A DNA stretch of 63,805 nucleotides, the filler included, from Diploschistes diacapsis (lineage: Eukaryota), in assembly GCA_023645945.1 (NCBI GenBank). It is 22 parts of 22 records of this genome, joined end to end, with 100 filler letters (N's around TTAATTAATTAA, not from the genome) between each part and the next. Parts side by side here need not be neighbours in the genome. Positions count along the whole stretch, not along the records: positions 37,152 to 38,967 come from JALAIB010002591.1; positions 39,068 to 40,882 come from JALAIB010002592.1; positions 40,983 to 42,796 come from JALAIB010002593.1; positions 42,897 to 44,710 come from JALAIB010002594.1; positions 44,811 to 46,623 come from JALAIB010002595.1; positions 46,724 to 48,535 come from JALAIB010002596.1; positions 48,636 to 50,447 come from JALAIB010002597.1; positions 50,548 to 52,359 come from JALAIB010002598.1; 14 more parts are not named here. One strand, given 5' to 3'. Position 1 is the first letter of the stretch. Each line of letters opens with the position of its first letter. The translations under genes were made by a program, and so were the position numbers. Under the pieces are notes generated by a model. It had not been told where the DNA came from. It worked only from the letters and a program-made list of their open reading frames with translations, and searched no databases. Below, one piece after another: positions 37,572-50,979 of the stretch.

Positions 37572-37914
37572 ATATTCTTTAAATTCGGGTTTATTTTATT
37601 AATAACGTGTATCGTCGCGTCTTATTCCGTAATATTCACGAAATTCATTTATATCTTATGCGTTATTATTATAAATTCTTTTCGTATTATTTTCGTTTCT
37701 CGTTCGAATATCATTATTTATTCTTTTACTTTTTCGATTACTTCTTTTATTCTTTTTTAATCTATTACGAATTTCACGTTCCTATTAAGGAACCGTCGGG
37801 TTACAATAATATTCTTTATTTCGACCTTTTTCGCGTCCGTTATTAGTTCGGGTTTATTTCGTTATTTTCCCGTTTATATCTTATCTCTTAATCGAATTAT
37901 AAACTTCTTAATCG

Positions 37915-38967
37915 TGTTACGATCCAAGTACTAGACTTGGCACGTCCCAGCTTTGTATATAGGTCAGTCACGGGACCAGGGGTCACGTAATGCGCTCACT
38001 ACTCGCGCTCATTCTCGTAAGCGGCGAGCAAGCTTTCGCCACCGCTCGATAATCGCGTTTATTTTTATAAACGGCGAGTTTTGAGAATATTGCTCGTTAA
38101 ACTTGCGATAAACGACGAGCGAATTAATTATATATAAACACGATTCTATTTTCGTAAAAAAAGACGTGTTTATTTTTATAAATATTTTTAATTATTATTC
38201 GGGATTAATCTATATTCGTTATTTTTATTATTAAAGAACTTTTTTTTTAGAAATAGTTTAAGATTTATAATTATTTTATTTTCTTTTCTTATCACATTCT
38301 TTTTTTAACAGAGACCAAACCCATCTTAATTCTACTCGTATATATCTTATATAAATAGAAATTATAACACTTAAATATCCTTAAGAATAAATATTACTAA
38401 TAATACAACCGGGCGATCGCTACCGATAACTAGATCCGCAACACCTCGCGTACCTAACATAACAACGCCACCAAATAAAACCGATATCCCGATAACGGAC
38501 ACAATAGAAACTAAAAACGACGATCCCGGAAATAATAATAAATCTAACGAAAATAAATCGTATAAAGAACCTATTATAAAAATTATAAAACTAAAACCGT
38601 TCTACGAAAACCTAAAAAAATTAAAACATTAAATACTTTAACTTTTAATATACTTTTATTAAAACCCGCACATCATAAACGATTAAAAAAAACGAATAGT
38701 CTTCGTCGTAGGATTTATACGTAACCGCGCATTAATATAAATAAAACCTTATCTCGACGCATATTTAAAAAGTTAAAAAAATAACTACGGAATATTTAAA
38801 AATTTCGTAAGGTTCAAAAAATATGTCCGACTGGCCTTCGAAATAACCAATAATAGAAAATATATAATTCGGGTTATCAAAATAGTTAATTAAAAAAACT
38901 CGATTTTAAAATATACGGCGAAATTTTATAAATACGTTAGACTAATTAAGTAAAATAAGGAAACCTT
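37915..38967 (+). mobile_element. Gypsy 5' LTR (37915-38369, 455 bp) and degraded gag
   Basis: TGTTAC...ATAACA termini; gag-like KLKPFYE..KKLK, F..GFIRNRAL.*IKPYL remnants. Confidence 0.8.
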
Positions 38968-39160
38968 NNNNNNNNNNNNNNNNNNNNNNNNNNNNNNNNN
39001 NNNNNNNNNNNTTAATTAATTAANNNNNNNNNNNNNNNNNNNNNNNNNNNNNNNNNNNNNNNNNNNNATAATATAGAATTTCTTAGTTTGGTTTATAATT
39101 AAAAAGCTTTAGCTTTTTCTATAATAAATTTATTAATAGGATAAGAATTTTGATCGTGAT

Positions 39161-39747
39161 TGTAAGGCCTGCGGGGTTACACATCTGCCACCTGCTGCCA
39201 CAACCACGCACCTACATATAGTGTAATAGGGAAACAGTGCTTCGGGGTTCTTGAAAGCATTATAATTAATCTTTTAATTTAATGGGATAACGTTACCTAT
39301 TAAGCACTTCCTCCCGCTATTATAGTTATGCTTTTAATTCTTAGATCGTTGGTTCAAGTATAGTTTTATCACCTATAAATCGAATTAATTGCGCATTATT
39401 ATTGTTTATAAATGTAGATCTGTTCGAGAGCGCAATAAACATACTCAGAAATTTTTAAGTCATTATAAATAATTGCGATAAACGATTTAGGGTATCCAAC
39501 ATACTCGGGACGCTATATAAGACGTGGCAGGTGCGGGGTCAATCAGTGCGCTAAGAGCCAGCACTGTGAGAAAGAAAGATAGTTGTAAAGCCTGCGGGGT
39601 TACACATCTGCCACCTGTTGCCACAGCCACGCACCTACATATAATGTAATAGGGAATCAGTGCTTCGGGGTTCCTAAAAGCATTATGGTTAGTCTTTTAG
39701 CTCAGTAGGATAGCGCTACCTATTAGGCACTTCCCCCCGCTGTTACA
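39161..39747 (+). mobile_element. Complete TRIM (terminal-repeat retrotransposon in miniature): two 164-bp LTRs, 259-bp internal region, 5-bp TSD GTGAT
   Basis: Direct repeats 39161-39324 and 39584-39747 (TGTAA...TTACA), PPT GAGAAAGAAAGATAG before the second, GTGAT at 39156-39160 and 39748-39752. Confidence 0.9.
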
Positions 39748-40327
39748 GTGATACTTATAGTTCGCTGCTTTATAGAATCGATAATTCTATTATATATACT
39801 CGGGATGCATGGGGTCTTCGTTAAATAAATTAAATTTTCGGGTTATACCGGCTTATAATCTTCAGTCGTGATATACTAGAATTATATAATATTTATCGCG
39901 ATAATCATTTAATGGGCACGTGATCGCGTAATTAAAATAATTATATCTTTTAATCCGGCACGTCTTAAAAGCGAAATAAATCTTTAACGTAACGATTTCT
40001 TTACTTTATATTAATAAATCTTTTCCATTCTGTTTTCGTTTTAAGCTATAATAATGAATAAAATAGCCTCGATTGCTGCAGTCGTATAAGACACGGTGAT
40101 CCTTATATTGTTCGTTCAGCAAAACGTTTTTATAATAGGTTTAAAAGGTAGCGTTTATAACGATTCGTCCGTAAAAAATAATTTCGTGTTTCGTGAATTC
40201 ATATATACAGTCTTTATATTCGTCGAGAATTATGTAATCTAAATGTTTTCGGTCGTTTGTAATAACAGCTTTCCGTCGAAAGTACTCTGTTTTATTAATA
40301 ATACGGTTACCAACACGGAACTCGTAC

Positions 40328-40859
40328 TAGGCTGGCCGTTTCGTGCCACGGACACTGACACGGACACCGCAGCAAAAATTTTCTCGGCACGGACACTGAC
40401 ACGGACACTATATTGCGGTAAAAACACGGACACGGATACCGCAACAAAAATTTTTAAAACACGGACACTGACACGGATATTATAATATATAATAAATTCA
40501 CGGAAACACTATAATATAATTTTTAAAAAAAAATAAAAGCGCAAGAAATAAGCGTGATAATTCCAGAATTATTAAAATTAAAAAAATATTTAAAAGTGTT
40601 TCGGTTAATGCACGGACACGGACATCGTAATAAAAATTTTCTCGGCACGGATATTGACACGGATATTGTATTGTAATACAAGCACGGACACGGACACTGC
40701 AATTAAAAAATTTAAAATATTAATACTGACACGGACACTGCACTTTCGTGAATCCACGGACACGGACACTGCAGCTAAAAAATCTAATATATTAACACTG
40801 ATATTATTAGTGTCCGTGTTACTGATACGGCCGTGTCAGTGTTAGTGACGGCCAGCTTA
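40328..40859 (-). mobile_element. Family A hAT-like element with 8-bp TSD (ACTCGTAC/ACTCGTAT)
   Basis: TIRs and ACACGG arrays; the TSD copies differ by one C->T. Confidence 0.88.
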
Positions 40860-41187
40860 ACTCGTATGATACATCTTTATTTNNNNNNNNNNNNNNNNNN
40901 NNNNNNNNNNNNNNNNNNNNNNNNNNTTAATTAATTAANNNNNNNNNNNNNNNNNNNNNNNNNNNNNNNNNNNNNNNNNNNNAGCTATCGTAAATTAAAC
41001 TAAAAAGATTTAAAAGCTTAAAATCTGAATTATAAAATTTTAGGATAAATAGATTTAAAGATAGAAGTTATATTTTTTAATAAGAACGCGGGACCTTATT
41101 ACGCTGACATAGGGTGTGCTTAAATAAGAAGTATTTGATCTTAGATATCATCTGCATAAATTAACGAAAAATCACCTGCTCTTTTCC

Positions 41188-41335
41188 TCGATAATAATCG
41201 AAGTTTAATTAAACCGCTGTCAAATCCACTCGATTGTTCGATAATTATCGAAACCCAATCGAACTACTGCTGGACCTATTCGATTATTCGTTAACCATCG
41301 AAGTTCAGTTAAATCGTTGTTAAATTTATTCGATT
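41188..41335. repeat. Degenerate tandem repeat, about 50-bp unit, 3 copies, upstream of Copia gag remnant
   Basis: TCGATAATxATCGAA...ACTCGATTGT-like unit recurs. Confidence 0.6.
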
Positions 41336-41772
41336 GCCTGCGTTTTTATTATAAAAAATCAATCTTTATATCATTTATCAGTCATTTATTTATTAACTAC
41401 GAGTTATTCATTCAATAACTCTTTTTTGTTTACGAAAGCAATAACGACATAAACGATATCTTATTTGAAAAACGGGTTGCCCCTATTTTAAAAAAGAAGA
41501 ATTAATAATAATAATTCGAACTTATACGCATATATCTTAAAAATAAAGAGGTGGATTACGTTCTTGATAATTATTTATTAATAATGTTTACTGTAGTCAT
41601 TCTAAATGGTTTTAAATTATTTACCTCTGTTGGTTCAGTATTGGACAAAATTAATAAATAATAAAAGAAAGATTAGAATAAAGTAAAATACTAGATTATG
41701 ATCTATACGGGAAAGATCGATCAAGAACGTTTTCGTGATTTATTTATTATAAAAGCTAGATGGGATTCTTTG

Positions 41773-42052
41773 TGTTGAGCAGGCAGACGGAAGGCATGGC
41801 TGTGAGCTCGGCTTGTTCTAAGAGATTCACTGAAAGAACCCGGGAAATTCAGTTCAGATGAACTTACCGGAGTTCAGTTTAGTTCAGTTCAGCTAAACTT
41901 TATAGAATTCGATAGAATCCTAACTAGATCGATCAGGTGTAATATAAGCAATAAAACTTAGCGAGTCCCGTGAGATATAAAAGTCTATACAGTAGAATTA
42001 CTTCCTAAGATAAGACCTCTAGACTTCAATATATCCATTACGTTACTCAACA
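41773..42052 (+). repeat. Solo Copia LTR (family E), 280 bp, inserted in a degraded Copia gag
   Basis: TGTTGAG...CTCAACA termini; 5-bp TSD CTTTG/CTTTA. Confidence 0.88.
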
Positions 42053-43851
42053 CTTTATAAACAAAATATCAGGCGATTATTGAACCTAAACGTCGATAAT
42101 TAAACCTTAAGTTCGTCAACTACAAATTTAAGGACGGCACGATTATTTAAGAAATATGAACGTATTTAATAAAATTTTCGAAGAAATTATTGTATAGACG
42201 AACAAAATACGCCCTAAAGGTTCCCTTTTAATAATTATTTATAATATTGTCGCCTGATTAGGTAGTTATTATCGATGTTATTAATACGTAAATTAATAAA
42301 GTTTTATCCGTTAATATCGATTACGATAAACGGCTTAACAGACTATTCGATAAACAAAAGAAATTAATAAAAGAAGTTACAACATATTTATTTCGTTAAA
42401 AGAGATCATCTCGTATTAATTAGGGACGATCCGGCGAAAAGCAACATCGCCGTTCTAGTTTAAAAGAAGGATGTTTATTTTATAATCATAATTATCGCGT
42501 AATATATTAAAAGCTCGTCAAAAAGTTCAGGAAAATGGTCATTATAATAGAGGACGAGAAACGAAAGAAGAAAAAAGAATCCCGAGATATTTATAATAAA
42601 CAAAACAATAAAAACAGGCGTGTTTATCATACAGAAGTTTCAAACGACGAAAGTTTGAAAAGTTCAGAATTTAAACCTAAATCTAAACTTAATTAAAAAT
42701 GCATTAATAAAGTTAATAATACAGCTATAAACGTTATCATTAAAATAAAATTGTTTTCACGGGATAGATCGGTGATACCGGCGTTTCATTATATATNNNN
42801 NNNNNNNNNNNNNNNNNNNNNNNNNNNNNNNNNNNNNNNNTTAATTAATTAANNNNNNNNNNNNNNNNNNNNNNNNNNNNNNNNNNNNNNNNNNNNGAAA
42901 TTATTCGATTAATCGAATCTTCGTTCGTAAAAGTTTTTATATAATTAAATACTATTTCCTTAAAACGGGAGATCATGTATGTTATTTAATCGTCGGTTTC
43001 GTTGAATCGGTTATCGTTTATCTTTAATTTATTTTTAATTAGGCGACGTTATTGCTTATAACTGGGACCTTCTTTGGAATCTACTGTAAATTAAGATAGG
43101 TTTAATAATTTATGCGAAAAGAAACGTCCGTTATTAATCTCTGTAATTAAATTCGTGGATTTTCGTCGATTCTAAAGTTCTTTAACCGTTATTCGTAAAT
43201 CGATGTTTTCGTTGATTAAACGGGCCCGGGTCTTTTATTTCCTATTTAACAATTATTTTAGTTCGTTTCTTTTAATTAAATCTTTCTCGAATTATTATTA
43301 AAACCGTTAAATCTTTCGTTCGTTTTATTGATTTATCTCTTCGATCGTTGCCACGTAGATACGTATTAATTTAATAAATTTTATTAATTCTTCTTCGATT
43401 CGGTAATAGATTTCTTTTATTTATTCCTACGATTATAGTTTTATCACGTTTTTAATAACGTTGTTTTAATTAATTTGTTTTTTTATCGGGTCTTTAAACG
43501 AAAACATTTTTCGCTTAAATTCGTCGCGAGAGTTCTTTTAAGATCTTTCCCGTATTGATTCTTCGCTGGTATTAAATCCTTCGAAGGTCTCTGGCGTTGA
43601 TGATTATTATAACGCGGGATATCTTACGGATTGTTTTTTAACTAACGATTCGTTTATTGAATTATATTCTTTAATCGATAGTATTTCGATTGATTTTTTA
43701 AAAGACGGAAGTATTATCGATTCTTTTCTTTTTTTTTAATTTTTTTTATTAGCGGGGATTATTATTTATAATAAGTCGGCGGGTAGTATTTTCGAGTTCC
43801 GGTTATCGTGAATTTATTCGAATATTTAATTCGGTTAACGTTTTAAACTTT

Positions 43852-44224
43852 TGTCACGAGTGCGAAGATAAAATGAGCTTTTCGAATATAAAACGTTAAC
43901 GCAAGAAAGGATGTTATTTTATCGGGGGCTAGATCTGATCCGAAAAGATTAAATATAACTTAAGTATTTATAAATAAAAGATCTCGATTCGAAAAGCTGA
44001 AGAAGAAACTATCTAAATAAAAGAAAGGTACCGTTAAGTAGTGTAAATATTAAACCAATCGGGGTTCAAGAACTACCCTTCTACACAACCATCCCCTAAC
44101 CCTGCCGTGTCTTAGTTAACACCTGGGCATTGACCTTACCGTGTCTTGGCAAGCACCTGGGCATTGACCCTGCCGTAGTTTGGCAAGCACCTCGCTTGGC
44201 AGGCCCCTGGGCTGGGCTGTCTCA
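43852..44224 (-). repeat. LTR (family H), probably a 5' LTR followed by a degraded gag region (42897-43851); has an internal 34-bp tandem repeat
   Basis: TGAGACAG...CTCGTGACA on minus; CACCTGGGCATTGACC unit repeated at about 44098-44190. Confidence 0.65.
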
Positions 44225-45130
44225 GTTCTTTTGTTATATAGTCTGGCCGTTTATTTAACGCGTTAGTTCGTTCGTTTATTTTATTTACGATGTTCTTGAT
44301 CGTGAAACGGTATCGTCCGAAAATTTCTGATTAACGAAACTATTTTAGATTAAATTTCTTTATTATCGTGAACTTTAGTAAATTTATATGATTTATATAG
44401 ATTTCGGTTTCTTTTGCTTCGTGAACATAAATATATTATTCGTTTAAAGTAGCGATTATAGCGAGCAGTTTTTAATCGCTTATATTATAATTAATTTTTA
44501 TTAATAATATTTTTCTTGAATAATAAGTTATTAGCCGTTATTTATTATTATCGTTTAGTTATAATAAGTATACTATAATAATTAATTTTAAAGTATCAAT
44601 TTCGATTTATATTGATTTATTTAAATTATAGAATCTTAGAACAGGCGCGTTAACCGTTAAGTCCTTAAATTTCTGAAAGGCCTATTTCTGATCTTATATC
44701 TATTTATAAGNNNNNNNNNNNNNNNNNNNNNNNNNNNNNNNNNNNNNNNNNNNNTTAATTAATTAANNNNNNNNNNNNNNNNNNNNNNNNNNNNNNNNNN
44801 NNNNNNNNNNTTTTTATCTTCTTTAATTATTCGATGTCGTAATGTTTTTTTCGTTAAAAAACGCGTTGACGTAAAAGACGGATCATATTACTCGATTAAA
44901 TAAATCGCGTATAATACGTTCGGAATAGATCGAATTATTTTTAATAACTCGAAATCGAGCTATTACGAATTAAAACATTTAAATAGGTTTTATAAATATT
45001 AAATTATAATTTATTAATCTTATAACCGTGTTTAATAAGCTTTATTCGATCTATCGGATCCCTTTACCTCTATTTTGCAACCCTTTTTTAATCTCGAATC
45101 AATTCGATTTGGATTTATTCTTATTATATA

Positions 45131-46004
45131 ACGTGTTTGACGGTGAGTCCGGCCACCCCCAGAGTCCGGCTACCTCAAATCACTGTTTTTATCTTCTTTA
45201 ATTATTCGATATCGTAATATTTTCGCCGTTAAAAAACGCGTTAACGTAAAAAACGAATCATATTACTCGATTAAATAAATCGCGCATAACACGCTCGGAA
45301 TAAATCGAATTATTTCTAATAACTCGAAATCGAGTTATTACGAGTCGAAACGCTTAAATAGACTTTATAAATACTAAATTATAACTTATTAATTCTATAA
45401 CCGTGTTTAATAAGCTTTATTCGACTTACCGGACCCCTTTATTTCTATTTTATAGCCCTTTTTTAATCTCGAATCAATTCGATTTAGATTTATTCTTACT
45501 ATATAGCTCTTTATCAAATGCGACCGAACTGCGAAAGGCTAATAAAGAGTTTAATCAGGCGTTACGAGCCGTTTTAGAACTAATTAGTTCGATTCGACGT
45601 TATTCGAGTCGAGTAACCCGTATGCTTAAATCGACGTATATTAAGTTTATAACGCTTCGTAAAGAAAACCGAAAGCAAAAAACGCTTCTTAATAATCGTA
45701 AAAAACGTAAATTAAATAAACGAATCGAATTAGAAGATCGTTTTATATTTAGCACAGACGAAATTCTTGAAATAATAACTCGGGTTAAATCGAGTCGGAC
45801 AATTTCGAAACGATCTATAACGCGTAAAAAACGTCATCGCATTTCTGAAATCGAGGAGGATGAAGATGAAGAAAATAGATTCGATTCAGATCGATTAGAT
45901 TCTAATTACGACGAACAGGTTGTATCTAAAAACCGTAGAATGTTGACGGTAGTAATTTGAGGTGGCCCACTTCTGAGGGTGGCCCGGTTCCCCGTTAAAC
46001 ACGT
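45131..46004 (+). mobile_element. Internally deleted pogo/Fot1-like element (family B), TA flanks, transposase C-terminal remnant (ORF 45403-45960)
   Basis: TA|ACGTGTTTGACGG...CCGTTAAACACGT|TA imperfect TIRs with GGCCACC direct repeats; further ends at 50105 and 52554; partial copies at 44811-45128 and 48636-48960. Confidence 0.85.
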
Positions 46005-46006
46005 TA

Positions 46007-46623
46007 TATTAATTATAATATGATTTAAAATTTTATTTTCCGTAGCCAGTTATTTTGTTAAATATTTTATCTTTATATTAATACGGGTTTATGTTTTTTA
46101 TAAAAGAAGTTTATTCCGCTCGATGCGACGAGTAAGTTTAAGAAACCGATTAATATCTTTTTATATAAATCGTTTTAATATATTTTATATCCGTTTTAGG
46201 CGAGCCTATAACATTTTTACGTAAGGACGATCACGGCGTACGTATTCCGAACATTTTAAAACTTTAGAACTAAACGATATAACGAAACAAGATTTATCGT
46301 TAAAAAAATAATATTTATAAGAAGAAATAATAAGAATTTTATGACGAGCGATGGAACGAGAAAGTTAGATTCGTTCGACGGACCGATTGCGAGAAGTTAA
46401 AAAAAATATCGTTATTCCACGATTTAGGATTCTTTTTTATTTAATATTTATATTAGATCTTTCGGCGAATTATCGGGCCGATAATGTTAAAAAAGAAAGA
46501 TAATATTACGATTTAAGTACCAGACTTGGCACGTTTTAATTTTATATATAGATTAATCACGAGACCGAGAGTCACGTAATGCGCTTACTGCTCGCGTTTA
46601 TTCTCGTGAGCGGTAAGTAAGCT
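46007..46623 (+). mobile_element. Gypsy 3' region: antisense Cys-rich ORF remnant, PPT, start of family D LTR (46504)
   Basis: TTTCGGCGAATTATCGGGCCGAT block as at 36570; LTR start TATTACGATTTAAGTACCAGACTTGG. Confidence 0.8.
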
Positions 46624-46723
46624 NNNNNNNNNNNNNNNNNNNNNNNNNNNNNNNNNNNNNNNNNNNNTTAATTAATTAANNNNNNNNNNNNNNNNNNNNN
46701 NNNNNNNNNNNNNNNNNNNNNNN

Positions 46724-48300
46724 CCGGCCGTAATTTTGTTAAGAAGTGTTAATACCGCTGTTTTTTTATATATTTTGGTAACTGCGTTTCTAGTCTAGCT
46801 AGATATTGTTCGAAAGAATATATTAACTAAATTGTTTCTTATTAGGTATTCGCGTATTTTTAGATAGTTTCGAGTTCACGATTTTTTAAGTCCTTTATTC
46901 GATTTAATAAATAACGTTTAAAATATCTTTAATTAATAATTTTATAGTTGATATTCGGTTCATGCGTAAACCACGATTGTTTTAAATTATCTTATAGCGA
47001 CTATATAACGAAACGGATTTTCCTTTTTTTAGATTAGAAGTAACTAAGGGATAGCGTAAGGGAGTTATTAACGATCTAAAACCATTCTTAATGTTCTCGG
47101 ACAGATTTTCTTTAATAATCTAAAAGTTTTTTAGGCTTAAAATAACGGTTTTTAGCATCTTAATGATCTCTATTCGCTCGTTTCTTGCGAGTTGGCGGCG
47201 TCGCGCTGGCGTCGGGTTAAATATTAGCGTCGGAAAATTCTTCGTTAATTTTTAATCATTTAACGTCGTTTTCGATACGTTTTAGGCGTTTTTTAGATTA
47301 TAATACCTTCTTCTTTATTTTTAATATTTTTATCCGTTCTTATAATCGGATATCTTTTATCCGAATTTATTTTAATTTTACGGGGTTAAAAATTTCTTTT
47401 TCCGGTATTATCTCGCTTGCAGGTCGATTGTTAAAAACTTACGATTCGTTAAGCTCGTTTTTTAATTCTTGTTTATTCTGTGGTTATAGACGGATATTGC
47501 GTTTCGGTCGCGAATTATTTATTATATTTCGAACCGTAATTCTTAAGAAGGAAAAGAAGTTATAATTATAAAAATTAATATTATAATATAATAATAAGAT
47601 AAGTAAGTAATTATTCGGTGGCTAGATCTTTGTTAAACGATAGATGTATTAATGAAATAATTTCTAAAAAATTATTTCTGTTTGCGAAAACTCTGTTCTT
47701 ATATAAGAACACGCTAGCGGGCCTTGGTTTATGCTTGCTTTACCTTCTGGTAGCCCTTATTGTGTTCTGCGTATTACAATTAACGGCTTTCGCTCAATTA
47801 ATGCTCGATAAGTGTCGCGACTAAACCGTTTAATTTAAATTTTATTATTGTTCTATTTCGAATATAATATTAAGTTAATATTGTTTCGTTCTAGAAAGCG
47901 TATCTTTATTTCGCTTTTTTAAATATGGCACGGATGTTTATTTCGATAGTTTATATAAATCTTTCGATAATATTATTTTAACTTGACGTGTATAATATTA
48001 TCGGTTTTATCTAAACTTTTAAACTTTTCCCCCAATTCCCGATTATAAAAATTAATTCAGGTATATTATCGAAACGTATCGTTTTTAATTATTTATCGTT
48101 TTAAAGTTTTATATTTACTTTTTAGAATTGTAAAATACGAACAACATCCTTTCGAGTTTTATAGAAGATAGATCAGGTTTTTCGCGAATACTTATCTATA
48201 ATTTCCATAAAATATTAATTGTTGTTAAGTGATCTTAAGAAAGGTTTATAGATGTCGATATTTATTAAATTTAAGATACTTTACTTATACTTAACTAGGG
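46724..48300 (-). mobile_element. Degraded transposon mosaic: probable DNA-transposase remnant (about 46724-47700) and Copia integrase (about 47820-48300)
   Basis: 47820-48020 is the reverse complement of Copia integrase at 51010-51230; the left part is only weakly recognisable. Confidence 0.5.
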
Positions 48301-48962
48301 TACGGCCAATCTATTATTTAATTTTTATTAATTAATATATTTTATACGTATAAGATGCGATACGGATAGGATTAGCGAGAATTATAACTTCGTGTAAGTT
48401 CTGGAGCTTCTTGGGTCCCATATGGGCCATGCGTGCGTATTATAGTTAATAATTGTTTTTGTTAGACTGAACTTTTGGGTTTAGTTTAGGTTCAGGTTCA
48501 GTTATTAGATACGTAGTTGCTTTATACGTATATTCNNNNNNNNNNNNNNNNNNNNNNNNNNNNNNNNNNNNNNNNNNNNTTAATTAATTAANNNNNNNNN
48601 NNNNNNNNNNNNNNNNNNNNNNNNNNNNNNNNNNNTCAGAAATGCGACGACGTTTTTTACGCGTTATAAGTCGTTTCGAAATTGTTTAATTCGATTTAAT
48701 TCGAATTATTATTTTAAGAACTTCGTTTGTATTAAACATAAAACGATCTTTTAATTCGATTCGTTTATTTAATTTACGTTTTTTATAATTATTAAGAAAC
48801 GTTTTTTGTTTTCGGTTTTCTTTATGAAACGTTATAAACTTAATATACGTCGATTTAAGTATACGAATTATTTAAGTCGAATAACGTCGAATCGGGTTAA
48901 TTAATTTTAAAATAGCTCGTAACGTTTAATTAAATTCTTTATTAATCTTTCGTAGTTCGATA

Positions 48963-49797
48963 ACGTATATGCATAGCGAGCGGACACCCTTCTCGATTCG
49001 TACGACTTATAATTATATTTACTCAATTAATTCGTACGATAATTTATTATATTAATTATTAGTATCTTTCTTAAAAGCTATAGATTCTATTTCGTAAGTT
49101 CGCGCATTATACCCGAACTAATTATACTTATTATAACGTCGTACGCGCAATCCGATCTTCTTCGTACGACTTTTATTTTCTGACATATTAACCTCCTTTA
49201 TACGAATTTCGATCTTTAAAAACTATAATGCGATTATTTTTAATACGTTAAATAATCCTTCAGCTCGTACGCGCGTTTTTTTAATTCTTCTTCGTTTATT
49301 AAATGCTTCATTTACCGTACGAAGCAGTCCTGTAGTCGAGAATAAATTTCTATTATTTAAATCATTTACGCGGACGATTATGCGTTGAATAATAATTCTT
49401 AAAATCGTGATTAAGACACTTCGTACGACGAATAAGGCACTTATTAAACGAAGAAAGGTTAAAAAAACGCTCGTACGAGTTAAAAAATTATTTAACGTAT
49501 TAAAAATAATCGCATTACAGTCTTTAAAGATCGAAATTCGCATAAAAAAGACTAATATGTTTAAAAATAAAGGTCGTACGAAAGAAATCGGATTGCGCGT
49601 ACGACGTTATAACAAATATAATTAGTTTAAATATAATACGTGAACTTGCGAAATAGAATTTATAACTTTTAAGAAAGATACTAATAATTGATATAATAAA
49701 TTATCGTAAAAACTGATTACGTAAATATAATTGTAACTCGTACGAATCGAGAAAGGTGTCCGCTCGCTATAAGTGTCCGCTCGTTATACATATACGT
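48963..49797. mobile_element. Foldback element: two inverted pogo/Fot1-like right ends (arms of about 360 bp), TA flanks
   Basis: TA|ACGTATATG...CATATACGT|TA; opposite-strand ORFs 49223-49543 and 49407-49625 both contain LFNVLKIIAL. Confidence 0.88.
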
Positions 49798-50547
49798 TAA
49801 CGAAAAAGAATAAAAAACCGCGACTATATTCCGAAATATTAAAAAATCGGTAGCAACCGTAGATCTAATGGACACCGTTTTTTTATCCCGACGGGAATCA
49901 TTAATACATAACGAGATATTAACGGAATCCTTATGGTTAACAACCGCAGAAACCTCGCGAAGAAAAGAAATCGTCGAAAGGAAACGCGTCGCTATTGAAA
50001 TTCATAAATCAGACGAAAAAAATTAATCTTAAAATTCTACTATCGAAGAAAAAATATTTATCGGACGTAGACCCTTCGTAATCCAATGGAGAACACATCT
50101 TATAACGTGTTTCACGATCAGCTCGGCCACCCCCAAAGCTCGGCCACCTCACAGTGCGATATTCATCATTCTTTCGGTTTTTCTCGATAATGACCGCTTC
50201 GCAACGAAATAACTCGATATTATTAAAATCCGATATTAACGACAGTTTATAAGTTTTAACTTTTTATTAATATAACAAAATTCGAGCGACCGCTCGCGTA
50301 TTTAAAATTTCTCAATGGACCATTATAAATTGATTTAATAAAAAATACTTTAATTTTAATAATCACGAATCGATATAAATCTTCTTAAATTTAAAAAAAG
50401 ACATTAATACGATAGATTATACGTTTTATATAAACAGGCTTTTCTATNNNNNNNNNNNNNNNNNNNNNNNNNNNNNNNNNNNNNNNNNNNNTTAATTAAT
50501 TAANNNNNNNNNNNNNNNNNNNNNNNNNNNNNNNNNNNNNNNNNNNN

Positions 50548-50979
50548 AGATATACACGAGTAAGATTAAGATAGATTTAATCTCTATTAAAAAAGGAATA
50601 TGATAGAAAAAAAAGATAGAGTAGTTATAGATCTTAAACTATTTTTAGAAAGAAAGCTCTTTAATGATAAAAATAACGAATATAAATTGATCCCGAGTAA
50701 TAATTAGGAATGTCTATGAAAGTGAACACGCCTTAGATTTATAAAGACTATAGCGACGTTCTTATATAACTAATAGTTTTTTTAATAGAGTAAATAAATA
50801 AATAAATAAAATTACCGTTTTCCCTTTCTACCCACGACTGGGTAGAATGGTCTCCCAGACCTTTTACTCATCACGTGACCCGTGTCACCCTGATTGGACT
50901 ATATATAAGGAATGGTTGGGAAATGCCCGACTAGCTGTTGCGTGCCAAGTACTACCGACTAGTACCTTGGATCGTAACA
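50548..50979 (-). repeat. Gypsy LTR, family D variant (same as 57358-57811)
   Basis: Reverse complement begins TGTTACGATCCAAGGTACTAGTCGG. Confidence 0.85.
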
